Assembly (NCBI GenBank): GCA_964499145.1
Contig: CAZCIR010000012.1
Span: forward strand, 3,603 to 67,602
Reading direction: 5' to 3'
Origin: an uncultured Pirellulales bacterium
GTDB lineage: Bacteria; Planctomycetota; Phycisphaerae; Sedimentisphaerales; Anaerobacaceae
DNA: 64,000 nt
The notes under the pieces were generated by a model. It made no database searches and was not told the origin of the DNA. It worked only from the letters and a program-made list of their open reading frames with translations. Shown in pieces: positions 21,804-31,332 of this stretch (its first letter is position 1; each line of letters begins with the position of its first letter). A program made the position numbers and the translations under genes.

Positions 21804-24395
21804 ATGAATAACGAAAGAGTTGAAAATGGAGATTCTAACTCAGCTTTTACCCATGTTGAGGGAATACAAGAAGAAGGTCTGCTGCAGATAGTCCTGCGTC
21901 ACCGGCAGGCCATTCTTCTCACCACGATATTGTTTTTGGTTGCTGCATTTGTTTACATTTTGAAAGCTACACCGATATATACAAGCACATCGAGGCTATA
22001 CGTCGAGCAAAGCGGGCCAAGAATCATTAGTGAGTTTGAGGGTATTATGACCCGCACGAATAACTATCTATACACACAGGCTGAGCTGTTAACATCCACC
22101 CCTATTATCGGCGAAGTAGCTGACAATCCCCAGATAAGGAGATTTAGAACATTCAATGAAATAGATAATCTGACCGCTTTTCTGAAGAAGAACCTCGTTA
22201 TCAACGTTGGCAAAAAAGATGACATAGTCAGTGTAGCATTCGATTCGCCATATCCCCAAGAAGCTGCCAGTGTTGTTAACGCTGTTATAGATTCTTATGT
22301 TAAGTATCATTCCATTCGCAAACAAACCACTGTTTCCAAAGTAGTGAATATTCTTCAAAAGGAAAAAGTCATACGGGACAAAGAATTATCAGACAAGTAT
22401 GAAGAAATGGTGCAATTTACCCGTGAAAATGGGGTAGTTTCATTTGACAACAAAGGCGGGAATTTGGTTTTTCAAAAGCTGATAACGTTGTCCGAGGCGT
22501 TAACCGAGGCACAGTTGATGACTATCAACACTCGATCTGATTACGAAGTGGTTAAGGCTATAGCTGATGACCCAGCTAAAGTTAAACAATTCGAGGCGGC
22601 TTTGCCAACTACAGGTATCCGGGTGTTAGTCAGTGACATAGAAACACAACTGGAATCCGAGCTTAAAGAAGCAGAAATGGAATTAGAGAATATAGGCTAC
22701 AATGTTACTGAAGACCATCCTGCGGTTAAGGCACTTAATGCGAAAATAGACTATATCAAAAACAGCCTTGCAGAGGAGATGAGAAAATATGCCGATGCCT
22801 ATATTGAAGTAATGCAACAAAGATGGCAGACATCCGAGCAAAAGCAGCAAACCCTGCTGGCAGCTTTCCAGGCTCAGCGAGAGGAGGCTCAGGATTTAGG
22901 AGTTAAAGCCGCTGAGTACACAATGCTGCAATCAGAGTTAGGACGGGCCGAAAGGATATGTGAAATTCTTGACGGTCGCATCAAGGAGCTAAATGTAACT
23001 GAGGATACCGGTGCACTCAATATCAGTATCCTGGAAGTCGCTCGTCCTGCAGAAAGCCCTTCGAAGCCGCAAAAAGCCAGGATTATGGCAATGGCTTTAG
23101 TTCTTGGTCTTATGTTCGGTGGAGGTTTAGCTTTAGTCCGTGACTGGATGGATATTCGGCTGCGGTCGGCAGATGAAATATCATCTGTTTTGGGTATACC
23201 CATTCTCGGGATGGTGCCTGCGATGGCAGAAGAACAGACCATTGTTGCGTATGGCCAGGAGCTGTGGCTTAATCTCAGGTCTATCGTAGTCCAGGCTTAT
23301 CGAGCAATATATGCGACAATAATTTCGGTGCCGCACAGTCGTAATGAAGAGCCCGAAAAGCAGAGCATTATGACACGCGCCGAGGCCTATCGAACGATGC
23401 GTGCTAAAACTCTTCACAACGACTCCGGAGATAATGCAACACCTTTTCCTGTCAGTGTTATCGAAAACGACAGACATAAGAGGACATCAAAAAAGAGGAT
23501 TAATGCGACGCATTGTCGGCAGTCATGGCTTGATTTAAAGTCTGCAATATCCCAAGGCTATCGAACAGCGTGTACCTTTCTGAGGCCAGCCAGCAGTGGT
23601 GCGAACGCTGCTGTTGACGGTTCTTCGCTTGCAAGTAAAGGCAATGCATCAACAGATAAACACGGAATCATCAGCCGCGGCCGGAGGATCCACCTCTCGC
23701 CCAAATCCCATATAGCGGAGGCATATCGAACGATACGCACAGCTGTGTTTTTCGGTGTACCCAAGAACGAAGCAAAAACTATCCTTATTACCTCACCTGA
23801 TGCCGGTGACGGTAAGACCACTCTGGTCAGCAATCTGGCAATCGCAATGGCACAAGCAGGACAAAAAACGCTTATCCTTGACGCCGATTTTAGAAAACCG
23901 ATGCAGCACAATATTTTTGAACTCGAAAACGACAAGGGGCTGTCCAGTATATTTGCAGGCACTATTAGTCTGGAGGAGGCGATTCAGTCCGGTCCCGTTG
24001 AAGAGCTTGACATTTTGAGCTGTGGGCCTGAAGTGCCGAACCCATCAGAGATACTCAACAGCGATACATTTACCGAGACTTTGAGGGATGTGCTTTCTAA
24101 ACGATACGACCGTATCATTATAGATTCGCCGCCGGTTGGGTTGGTTGCTGATGGCCAAATACTTGCAGCTCTCTGTGATATAACACTGCTGGTGCTCAGG
24201 GCGGAGAAATCCACGAGGAAGCACAGCCAGCAAGCTCGCGATGTTCTGCTCAGTGTCGGCGGTCGTTTACTCGGTGCGGTTGTAAATGATGTTCCGCGAA
24301 AGCACAGCCGTTACGGTTACTATTCCGGCTATGGATATTATAACGGTTATGGATATTATGGTGACCGAGAAAAGAAAAAAACTGCGGTTGCATAG
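21804..24395 (+). CDS. wzc: Polysaccharide co-polymerase / BY-type tyrosine autokinase (Wzc-like) with an expanded linker
   Basis: It has an N-terminal TM helix, a Wzz-like coiled-coil periplasmic domain, a second TM helix (MALVLGLMFGGGLALV), Walker A (SPDAGDGKTT), and a C-terminal Tyr cluster RYGYYSGYGYYNGYGYYG. The xAYRxxR motif occurs four times. Confidence 0.9.
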   Translation: MNNERVENGDSNSAFTHVEGIQEEGLLQIVLRHRQAILLTTILFLVAAFVYILKATPIYTSTSRLYVEQSGPRIISEFEGIMTRTNNYLYTQAELLTSTPIIGEVADNPQIRRFRTFNEIDNLTAFLKKNLVINVGKKDDIVSVAFDSPYPQEAASVVNAVIDSYVKYHSIRKQTTVSKVVNILQKEKVIRDKELSDKYEEMVQFTRENGVVSFDNKGGNLVFQKLITLSEALTEAQLMTINTRSDYEVVKAIADDPAKVKQFEAALPTTGIRVLVSDIETQLESELKEAEMELENIGYNVTEDHPAVKALNAKIDYIKNSLAEEMRKYADAYIEVMQQRWQTSEQKQQTLLAAFQAQREEAQDLGVKAAEYTMLQSELGRAERICEILDGRIKELNVTEDTGALNISILEVARPAESPSKPQKARIMAMALVLGLMFGGGLALVRDWMDIRLRSADEISSVLGIPILGMVPAMAEEQTIVAYGQELWLNLRSIVVQAYRAIYATIISVPHSRNEEPEKQSIMTRAEAYRTMRAKTLHNDSGDNATPFPVSVIENDRHKRTSKKRINATHCRQSWLDLKSAISQGYRTACTFLRPASSGANAAVDGSSLASKGNASTDKHGIISRGRRIHLSPKSHIAEAYRTIRTAVFFGVPKNEAKTILITSPDAGDGKTTLVSNLAIAMAQAGQKTLILDADFRKPMQHNIFELENDKGLSSIFAGTISLEEAIQSGPVEELDILSCGPEVPNPSEILNSDTFTETLRDVLSKRYDRIIIDSPPVGLVADGQILAALCDITLLVLRAEKSTRKHSQQARDVLLSVGGRLLGAVVNDVPRKHSRYGYYSGYGYYNGYGYYGDREKKKTAVA

Positions 24396-24421
24396 GTTGC
24401 GTTTTGAGGAAAATCTAAAGT

Positions 24422-25270
24422 ATGATAAGACAGGTCAATGATAATCTGTTCGAAGCAGAGCATATCAGTGAAGACAGGTCCGCTCGAGAGCACTATGTGG
24501 ATATTCACTGCCACTGTCTGCCGGGCCTCGATGATGGGCCAGCTACAATGGCGGAATCGCTTGCCCTTTGCCGGGCTTTGGTTAACGAAGGCATAACTAC
24601 TGTCATAGCCACTCCACATCAACTGGGGCGATTTAGCGAATGCAACGAGGCTGCACAGATCAGAGAAGCAGTCTCAGCTCTTAATGAGGAACTAAAAAGC
24701 AATAATGTAGCTCTTAGTGTTGTCCCCGGGTCAGATGTCCGTGTAGATGAAAGGATTTGCAAACTGCTTGAAGAAGATAAGGTACTTACGCTCGCTGACG
24801 GAGGTAAGTATATTTTGCTGGAGCTTCCACACGAGATTCTTATTGATATTGAACCACTGCTTGCTGATTTGGCATCTATGGGTATTGAGGCTATTATATC
24901 GCATCCGGAGCGGCACTGCGGGTTGGCAAAAGAACCGGATATATTGCTTAAATGGGTCGACTGCCCGGCCCACCTGCAGGTGACAGCAGGCAGCTTGCTC
25001 GGTGATTTCGGCCATGCAATACAAAGATTCGCATGGCAAATGTTAAGCTCAGGGTGGATATCGTTTGTAGCAACGGACTGCCACAATTTGAATGCTCGCA
25101 GACCCTGTATTAAGGCAGCTTTCAAACGTATATGCGAAGAACTCGGTGAGACAACTGCAAGGCTTGTATGTGTTGAAAATCCATTAAGAGTTTTAAAAGG
25201 TCAGGACATAGCTGTCTACTCTATAAGAACAAGGACGTCTTGTAATGGGGGAAAATCAAATATCTTTTGA
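24422..25270 (+). CDS. PHP-family protein-tyrosine phosphatase (CpsB/CapC type)
   Basis: The motif VDIHCHCLPGLDDGP...ATPH is canonical for CpsB. The true start may be the in-frame GTG at 24497, which would give MDIHCHCLPG. Confidence 0.85.
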   Translation: MIRQVNDNLFEAEHISEDRSAREHYVDIHCHCLPGLDDGPATMAESLALCRALVNEGITTVIATPHQLGRFSECNEAAQIREAVSALNEELKSNNVALSVVPGSDVRVDERICKLLEEDKVLTLADGGKYILLELPHEILIDIEPLLADLASMGIEAIISHPERHCGLAKEPDILLKWVDCPAHLQVTAGSLLGDFGHAIQRFAWQMLSSGWISFVATDCHNLNARRPCIKAAFKRICEELGETTARLVCVENPLRVLKGQDIAVYSIRTRTSCNGGKSNIF

Positions 25271-27773
25271 AAACTCGAAGACATCGCCGAGCAAATTTGA
25301 TACCGCAATTGAATGGCTACTCGGGAGCATGCTTGTCTTTATGCCACTTGCATTCGGTGCGAGAAATGCCTGGACGGAAGAGGTTGTGATTGTCTTATCC
25401 GGCTGTATCATCATCTGCCTCTCACTTAAGCTCATATTCAGTCGAAACCAAAGAGTGGTCTGGAGCTGGGTATATGTACCAATAGGATTGTTCGTACTAA
25501 TCGTATCACTCCAACTTGTTCCATTATCCGCCAATTTGCTAAGTGTAGTCTCACCAAATACAGTAAGACTGCGAACCGAAATGTTAGGTGGCCTGCTGGA
25601 GGCTAAAAAACTGCTCAAGACAATGCCTATCACTCTTTACAGGAACGGCACAAGACATGATCTGAGACTTGTACTGTCTGTTACAGCGGTGTTTATTGTA
25701 GTACTAAATGTTTTCCGTCGACGGGGACAGATAAAACGCCTTCTAATGGTTATTGCATTAACAGGTGGTCTTGTTGCCTTGATTGCCCTGGCACAAGATA
25801 TCTTTGGGAATGGCTTGAGATACTGGTTTGTACCTCATCCATATCATAGATACTCCAAGACTCTTTCTGGGCCGTTTCTAAACCACAATCATTATGGTCA
25901 GTTCATGAATTTGTCAATCGGTGCCGCTATAGGATGGCTCTGCATAAAACTGCATGAGGATTTAGCCAGCAAGAGAGTAAAAGTGAATGCAGTCCTTGAT
26001 TACTTCAGTTCGCCGCAAGCAAAATTACTGTGGCTGCTCATTGCAATAATTAGTCTCGGCGTAGCAACAGTTTTCATATCTTTAACACGTGGTGGTATGG
26101 TCAGCATGCTAATTGCCGCGGTTTTCACGACCCTGCTACTTTGTTCCCGGCGGTCTCTGCAGGGACGTTCGTGGATAATGGTTGTTATGGCGTTTGTGGC
26201 ATTTGCTTGTATCCTGCTGTTGGGATTTGATGCCGTATATGACCGATTTGAAACGCTTCAGAACTTCGAGGGATATAAATTCCGCTGGCAGAGCCTTAAA
26301 GATATTGCCGTTTCTTTTATGCACTTTCCTCTTTTAGGAACAGGACTTGGAACACACTCAGTTGTTTATCCAATGTACCAGCACATAAACACAACGTTGC
26401 TGTTTACCCATGCAGAAAACGAATACGCCCAGGCACTGGAGGAAACCGGAACAACTGGCCTGGGCATATTAATTATCTTCGGAATAATTATCTCATTGAG
26501 CTATTTACGAAATATTCGCACCACAAAGTTACCAATCCAGTCGGCAGCGTATGGCCTGGGATTTGGCCTTTTGGCAATACTTGTTCACAGCTTTAGTGAT
26601 TACGGACAGCATATTCCTGCTAATGCATTTTTGTCAGCCATTTTTTGTGCCTTGCTAGTGGGTTTAGCAGGGCAAAATAAAGGAAAGACCTCAATCACCA
26701 AAACGATTACACCTTTGCAAATATCCAAGGGTTTGCGTATAGCCGTTTTATTGTGTATATGCGGAATTTGGTTATGGGCTGTTATCGGTGCCAATAATGC
26801 CCGTATTGCCGAGATGCACTGGAAAAAGGCACTTCGTATAAAAAAAGGACTTGCAGATAAAGACTGGCAGGGAACCAAAAGTGAATATGCAGACCTAATC
26901 TTTCATGCAGATGCAGCAACACGCTACGAACCTGAGAATAAAACATACCATTATGGGCTTAATCTCTACCGCTGGTATTCAATAACCAAAACGAAAGACC
27001 CTGATACTGATAACACAATAGTCGCTGAAGAGTCGATGCCACTGGTGTCTGATATTGTGAACGGGCTTAACAAAGCAATTATAATTTGCCCTACATACGG
27101 ACCGAGTTATAGCTTAGCAGGACAAATCGAAAAATTTGTTTTCCTCAACGATGCAGGGGCAGAGAAAATCAGAAAAGGTTATCTCCTTGCACCATGTGAT
27201 CCGGTAGCCTGTTTTGTTGCCGGCCGGCTCGATGTCTTGGAAGGGAAAACTGAAAACAGTATTGCAAAGTTTGAAAAGGCTTTGCAGATCGACAGCGGAT
27301 TATTTAAAGATATTGTAAATATATACATAAATTATCTCAGCCGTCCGCACCTTGCTATATCAGCCGCCGGAGACAGTATCGGCCGGTTAAGATACGTGGC
27401 TACAGTCCTCGAGGATATGCAATATAGTGATCTTGCCGAACAAGCTCGTCAAAAAGCAAAGGAACTACTTGAAATAAAATGTGCACAACCTAATGCGTCT
27501 GCCGGAGATTTTGCGTTCCTGGCTAATGTCTACGGCGAACAGCAGGTAAATGAAAAGGCAATAGAATATTATCAGCGCGCCCTCGAACTGGATTATGGAC
27601 AGGTACACTGGCGATATAAGCTGGCAAGATTACTGGCTGAATCCGATAGGAAGTCGGAAGCTTTGCATGAGGCGAGAGTATGCGTGCGACTTAGACCTCA
27701 GTTTAAGGCAGCAGAGAGGCTTGTAGCTGAACTTTCGGTTAAATCAGCAAGCTTCGGGAAAAAAACAGATTGA
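25245..27773 (+). CDS. O-antigen ligase/polymerase-like (Wzy_C) polytopic membrane protein fused to C-terminal TPR repeats
   Basis: It has about 12 helices and the Wzy_C signature THAENEYAQALEETGTTG. The C-terminal ~300 aa are TPR-like (AIEYYQRALELDYGQVHWRYKLARLL). It overlaps the upstream gene by 26 nt. Confidence 0.8.
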   Translation: MGENQISFENSKTSPSKFDTAIEWLLGSMLVFMPLAFGARNAWTEEVVIVLSGCIIICLSLKLIFSRNQRVVWSWVYVPIGLFVLIVSLQLVPLSANLLSVVSPNTVRLRTEMLGGLLEAKKLLKTMPITLYRNGTRHDLRLVLSVTAVFIVVLNVFRRRGQIKRLLMVIALTGGLVALIALAQDIFGNGLRYWFVPHPYHRYSKTLSGPFLNHNHYGQFMNLSIGAAIGWLCIKLHEDLASKRVKVNAVLDYFSSPQAKLLWLLIAIISLGVATVFISLTRGGMVSMLIAAVFTTLLLCSRRSLQGRSWIMVVMAFVAFACILLLGFDAVYDRFETLQNFEGYKFRWQSLKDIAVSFMHFPLLGTGLGTHSVVYPMYQHINTTLLFTHAENEYAQALEETGTTGLGILIIFGIIISLSYLRNIRTTKLPIQSAAYGLGFGLLAILVHSFSDYGQHIPANAFLSAIFCALLVGLAGQNKGKTSITKTITPLQISKGLRIAVLLCICGIWLWAVIGANNARIAEMHWKKALRIKKGLADKDWQGTKSEYADLIFHADAATRYEPENKTYHYGLNLYRWYSITKTKDPDTDNTIVAEESMPLVSDIVNGLNKAIIICPTYGPSYSLAGQIEKFVFLNDAGAEKIRKGYLLAPCDPVACFVAGRLDVLEGKTENSIAKFEKALQIDSGLFKDIVNIYINYLSRPHLAISAAGDSIGRLRYVATVLEDMQYSDLAEQARQKAKELLEIKCAQPNASAGDFAFLANVYGEQQVNEKAIEYYQRALELDYGQVHWRYKLARLLAESDRKSEALHEARVCVRLRPQFKAAERLVAELSVKSASFGKKTD

Positions 27774-27906
27774 TAGATGCTCGAATCCTGATTTCCTGGT
27801 GGAATACGAGATACAAAGCGTTAGATAAGACCCCGGTAACAACACCGACGGGGACGGAGTTTGCGCAGATGTCAACTGCTCATATTTGCTTGCAATTGGT
27901 TAATGT

Positions 27907-29445
27907 ATGAAAACCTATATATTTACATATTTGTGTTCCTGTATCCTGGCTGTTGTTATCACTCCAATTATAATAGCTGTAGGACGTAAGCTCAGGATAT
28001 ATGACAGCCCAACTGCAAGAAAGGTACATACCGGCCAAATTCCACGGATTGGTGGTGTAGCCATTTTTCTATCATCGACACTGCTGGTTACGACAGTACT
28101 GTTTTTGGATAATGCAGTGGGAGATAGATTCCGAGGTATACAAACGCAAATCATTGCCCTGCTGTGCACTGCCACGTTCATTTTCCTCGTGGGCTTTGTC
28201 GATGATGTGCGAGGAGGAATAAGGGTCAGACACAAGCTTATGGCGCAGATTGCTGCAGCGGGGGTGATGTGTCTGGCGGGGGCACGGATTGAATCATTAA
28301 ACTTTGCAAATCTGTTTACCCTGCGATTTGGTCTTGCATCTTTCCCGCTGACGATTTTGTGGATTATAGGCATTACCAATGCTGTAAACCTGATAGACGG
28401 TCTCGATGGACTTGCCGCCGGCATTTGTGCTATTGCGTGCACAGTAATTGCTGTGTTTGCATTGGTTCGCGGCGAGCTGGTGCTCGCGGTGATGATGCTT
28501 GCTTTGGTGGGCAGTTTGTCAGGTTTTTTATTTTTTAATTTTAATCCTGCCCGGATATTTATGGGTGACTGCGGAAGTATGTTTCTGGGCTTTATGCTGG
28601 GCTCAACCAGCGTAATGTGCGCGATGAAGTCAGGCACAATAGTAGCGCTGGCTCTGCCGGCTGTGGTATTAGGCCTGCCAATATTTGACACAGCGTTCAG
28701 TATACTCCGCCGGTATCTCAACCGATGGGCAATCACATCACCCGACCGCGGCCATTTGCACCACCGGCTACTTGATATGGGCCTGCGACATCATCACGTG
28801 GTAATTATTATGTATGTGATAACAGCACTGGCTGCAGGGCTGGGAATGTTTATGATGGTTACTCGGGGCGGGGCTACCCTTGTTATATTCTTCTGTGTGA
28901 TACTGCTGTTGCTTTTGGCCTTTCGAGCCGTTGGTGCAATCAGATTAAGAGAAACTATCGCGAGGATAAAGTACAATAAGGCAATAGCAAAAGAAGCCGC
29001 TGAAGATGCCCGTCTGTTCCAGGAAATCCATCTGGCATTTCGCCAAACTGTTTCCTTCAAACGGTGGTGGCAGGCGGTTTCGGACGTAGCCGAAAAGGAA
29101 GAGTTTTCTGAACTTTGTGTAACAGTAACCGGCAGGAACGGACACAAACATAAATTCATGTGGCGAACAAACAACTATGAAAAAGACGGGGAGGAAATAG
29201 TAGTGGTGCAACTGCCAATAAGCAGGCACAGGTTCGGTCTGGCTATGGAGATCGAAGTTAAGATGCCTATTAACGGCTTGCTGGAGTCTACCGGCCGGCG
29301 CATGATGCTCCTGGGCAGGTTGATAGACGAATACAGTATTCCAAGACCAGAAAATAAAAAAGAAGATATTTCGATACTTAAGTTTAGAAACACCAAGCAA
29401 TGGGTTAAAGCTAAAAACCAGACACCGGTAGTGGTGGTTGGATAA
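27907..29445 (+). CDS. Polyprenyl-phosphate N-acetylhexosamine-1-phosphate transferase (MraY/WecA family, GT4-type initiating enzyme) with a ~170-aa C-terminal extension
   Basis: Motifs present are NAVNLIDGLDGLAAG, FMGDCGSMFLG and HLHHRL. The soluble C-terminal extension (about 28950..29445) has no motif I recognise. Confidence 0.9.
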   Translation: MKTYIFTYLCSCILAVVITPIIIAVGRKLRIYDSPTARKVHTGQIPRIGGVAIFLSSTLLVTTVLFLDNAVGDRFRGIQTQIIALLCTATFIFLVGFVDDVRGGIRVRHKLMAQIAAAGVMCLAGARIESLNFANLFTLRFGLASFPLTILWIIGITNAVNLIDGLDGLAAGICAIACTVIAVFALVRGELVLAVMMLALVGSLSGFLFFNFNPARIFMGDCGSMFLGFMLGSTSVMCAMKSGTIVALALPAVVLGLPIFDTAFSILRRYLNRWAITSPDRGHLHHRLLDMGLRHHHVVIIMYVITALAAGLGMFMMVTRGGATLVIFFCVILLLLLAFRAVGAIRLRETIARIKYNKAIAKEAAEDARLFQEIHLAFRQTVSFKRWWQAVSDVAEKEEFSELCVTVTGRNGHKHKFMWRTNNYEKDGEEIVVVQLPISRHRFGLAMEIEVKMPINGLLESTGRRMMLLGRLIDEYSIPRPENKKEDISILKFRNTKQWVKAKNQTPVVVVG

Positions 29446-29456
29446 AATTCGCTATA

Positions 29457-30132
29457 ATGAGCAATAAAAAAAGCACTTGTTACAGGTATAAACGGTCAGG
29501 ATGGCAGCTACTTAGCTGAATTTTTGTTGGGTAAAGATTATGAAGTTTATGGCATAATTCGGCGGTCGAGTTCTGTCAATACCCAAAGAATTAATCATCT
29601 TTATCTCGATCTTCATCAGCCAGAGACACGTTTATTTCTCCATTACGGTGATTTAATTGATGGCACTGGTCTAAGGGCGATTTTAAGTCGTGTCCAGCCA
29701 GATGAAGTCCACAACATTGGTGTGCAAACACACGTGCGTGTAAGTTTCGATCAGCCGGTTTGCACCGTACAAGCACATGCGGTCGGTACAATCCATAATC
29801 CTTGAGACTATTCGGGACACAAGCCTAAAACGGAAAGGTTACTCAAATCCCTCAGACGAAGGTTCACGCCCTTTCACCCTCGCAGTCATTACGGCTGTGC
29901 TAAGGTTTACAGCTTTTGACAAACAGTATACTATCGAGAAGCTTATGGCTTGTTTGCATGTAATGGCATACTGTTCAATCATGAATCTCCAAAACAAGGC
30001 GAAACTTTTCCTACTCGCAAGATTACAAAAACTGCAACTCGTATAAAACTGGATATAAGTCAAGCAAAAAGGTTTTTCGGTTATGAAACTCAAATGCCTT
30101 TTGATGAAGGTCTGAAGAAAACAATTAATTGA
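29457..30132 (+). pseudogene. gmd: Decayed GDP-mannose 4,6-dehydratase gene (frameshifts, premature stop, internal deletion)
   Basis: ATG 29457 reads MSNKK, then an A7 run (29467..29473) breaks the frame. The shifted frame reads [57 protein letters not shown]...[10 protein letters not shown], which is the canonical Gmd N-terminus, and stops at 29803..29805. A third frame gives [25 protein letters not shown], then jumps straight to an epimerase-like C-terminus ([17 protein letters not shown]). The total span is about 0.68 kb, against about 1.1 kb for an intact gmd. Confidence 0.8.
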
Positions 30133-30489
30133 TTGCGTGAACAAGTAGAGGCAAAGTATTCAAACGATTTATAATTGTCTTGTTTGGGGAATATATGATT
30201 AACGAATTATGAAAATATTAGCCGTAAACATATTTTATCTAGCTAATAGAGCAATGAATAGCTTTGGATGCTGATAGTTACCCGAGGGTGTATGGTTTTT
30301 TTCTTGAAGGGCACTTCAAGGAACGCGATAGGAACAGCGTCTACTAACGTAACTGAAAGATAAGATGTTTTGTTCTTTAAAGAATAAAAAGTTAACAGAG
30401 CTATCAAACGGATGGATAGTATATGTTGGATCAAATGGCAGCTATTATGAATTTAAGCACCAGAACTTTATACTTTCGGTTAGAATGTT

Positions 30490-31326
30490 ATGAGCAATTT
30501 AGTAATGTCTGAGCGAATTATCCGTCGAAAACCAGGGGTGGTTCCTATTGATTTTAAGGAACTGTTTCGTTATCGCGAGCTTCTTCTTTTTTTAACGTGG
30601 CGTGACATTCTTGTTCGCTATAAGCAGACGGCTATTGGTGTTTGCTGGGCAGTCATTCAGCCATTACTTACTATGGTCGTTTTTACATTTATCTTCGGTC
30701 GAATAGCCAAGTTTCCCAGCAACGATGCCCCTTATGCAGTAATGACATTTGCCGCTATACTGCCGTGGCAGTTTTGTGCCAATGCACTAAGTCAGGGAAG
30801 TAATTCACTTGTGGCATCGGCCAATATGATTCGCAAATTGTATTTTCCCCGAATTATGATTCCGGTAAGCACAACACTTAGCGGGACAATCGATTTTGCT
30901 ATTTCATTTCTGATACTTCTTGTTCTTATGCTTGTGTATCAAATTCAATTTCGTGTTCATTTGCTATTGCTGCCTTTGTTTTTCATGCTGGGATTTGCTA
31001 CGGCATGGGGGGCGAGTCTTTGGTTTGGAGCACTAAATGTTAAGTATCGAGACGTTAAATATGTGATTCCATTTGTTGTTCGAATGGGTATGTATATCAG
31101 TCCTGTGGGATTTATGAGCAGTATCATACCGGAAAAATGGCAGTTTTGGTACAGTTTGAATCCGTTGGTCGGAGTAATCGACGGTTTTCGCTGGGCGATT
31201 CTCGGGCCTGAGTTTGAGCCTTACTGGCCTGGTTTCTGGACAAGCACAGTTATAGTAACGGTAATTCTTGTAACAGGTACTTATTATTTTCGCTCTATGG
31301 AAAAAACATTTGCAGATGTGATTTAG
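30490..31326 (+). CDS. wzm: ABC-2 type polysaccharide export permease (Wzm/TagG family)
   Basis: The protein has six helices. The N-terminal region ELFRYRELLLFLTWRDILVRYKQTAIGVCWAVIQPLL is the typical ABC2_membrane signature. Confidence 0.85.
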   Translation: MSNLVMSERIIRRKPGVVPIDFKELFRYRELLLFLTWRDILVRYKQTAIGVCWAVIQPLLTMVVFTFIFGRIAKFPSNDAPYAVMTFAAILPWQFCANALSQGSNSLVASANMIRKLYFPRIMIPVSTTLSGTIDFAISFLILLVLMLVYQIQFRVHLLLLPLFFMLGFATAWGASLWFGALNVKYRDVKYVIPFVVRMGMYISPVGFMSSIIPEKWQFWYSLNPLVGVIDGFRWAILGPEFEPYWPGFWTSTVIVTVILVTGTYYFRSMEKTFADVI

Positions 31327-31332
31327 GTAAAG

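Noticed and set aside
27915-28736. 273-aa minus-strand ORF
   Set aside because: It is fully antisense to the WecA/MraY-family gene, which has unmistakable family motifs. There is no RBS or motif support for the antisense frame. The same reasoning applies to 24619..25125(-), 23558..23962(-), 52181..52675(-), 33324..33740(-) and 35942..36349(-).
30423-30512. 29-codon ORF with an HTH-like ending (AAIMNLSTRTLYFRLEC) overlapping the wzm start, and the 22-codon MKILAVN... ORF at 30209..30274
   Set aside because: They are too short to be functional genes. I treat them only as possible remnants within the decay-zone finding.
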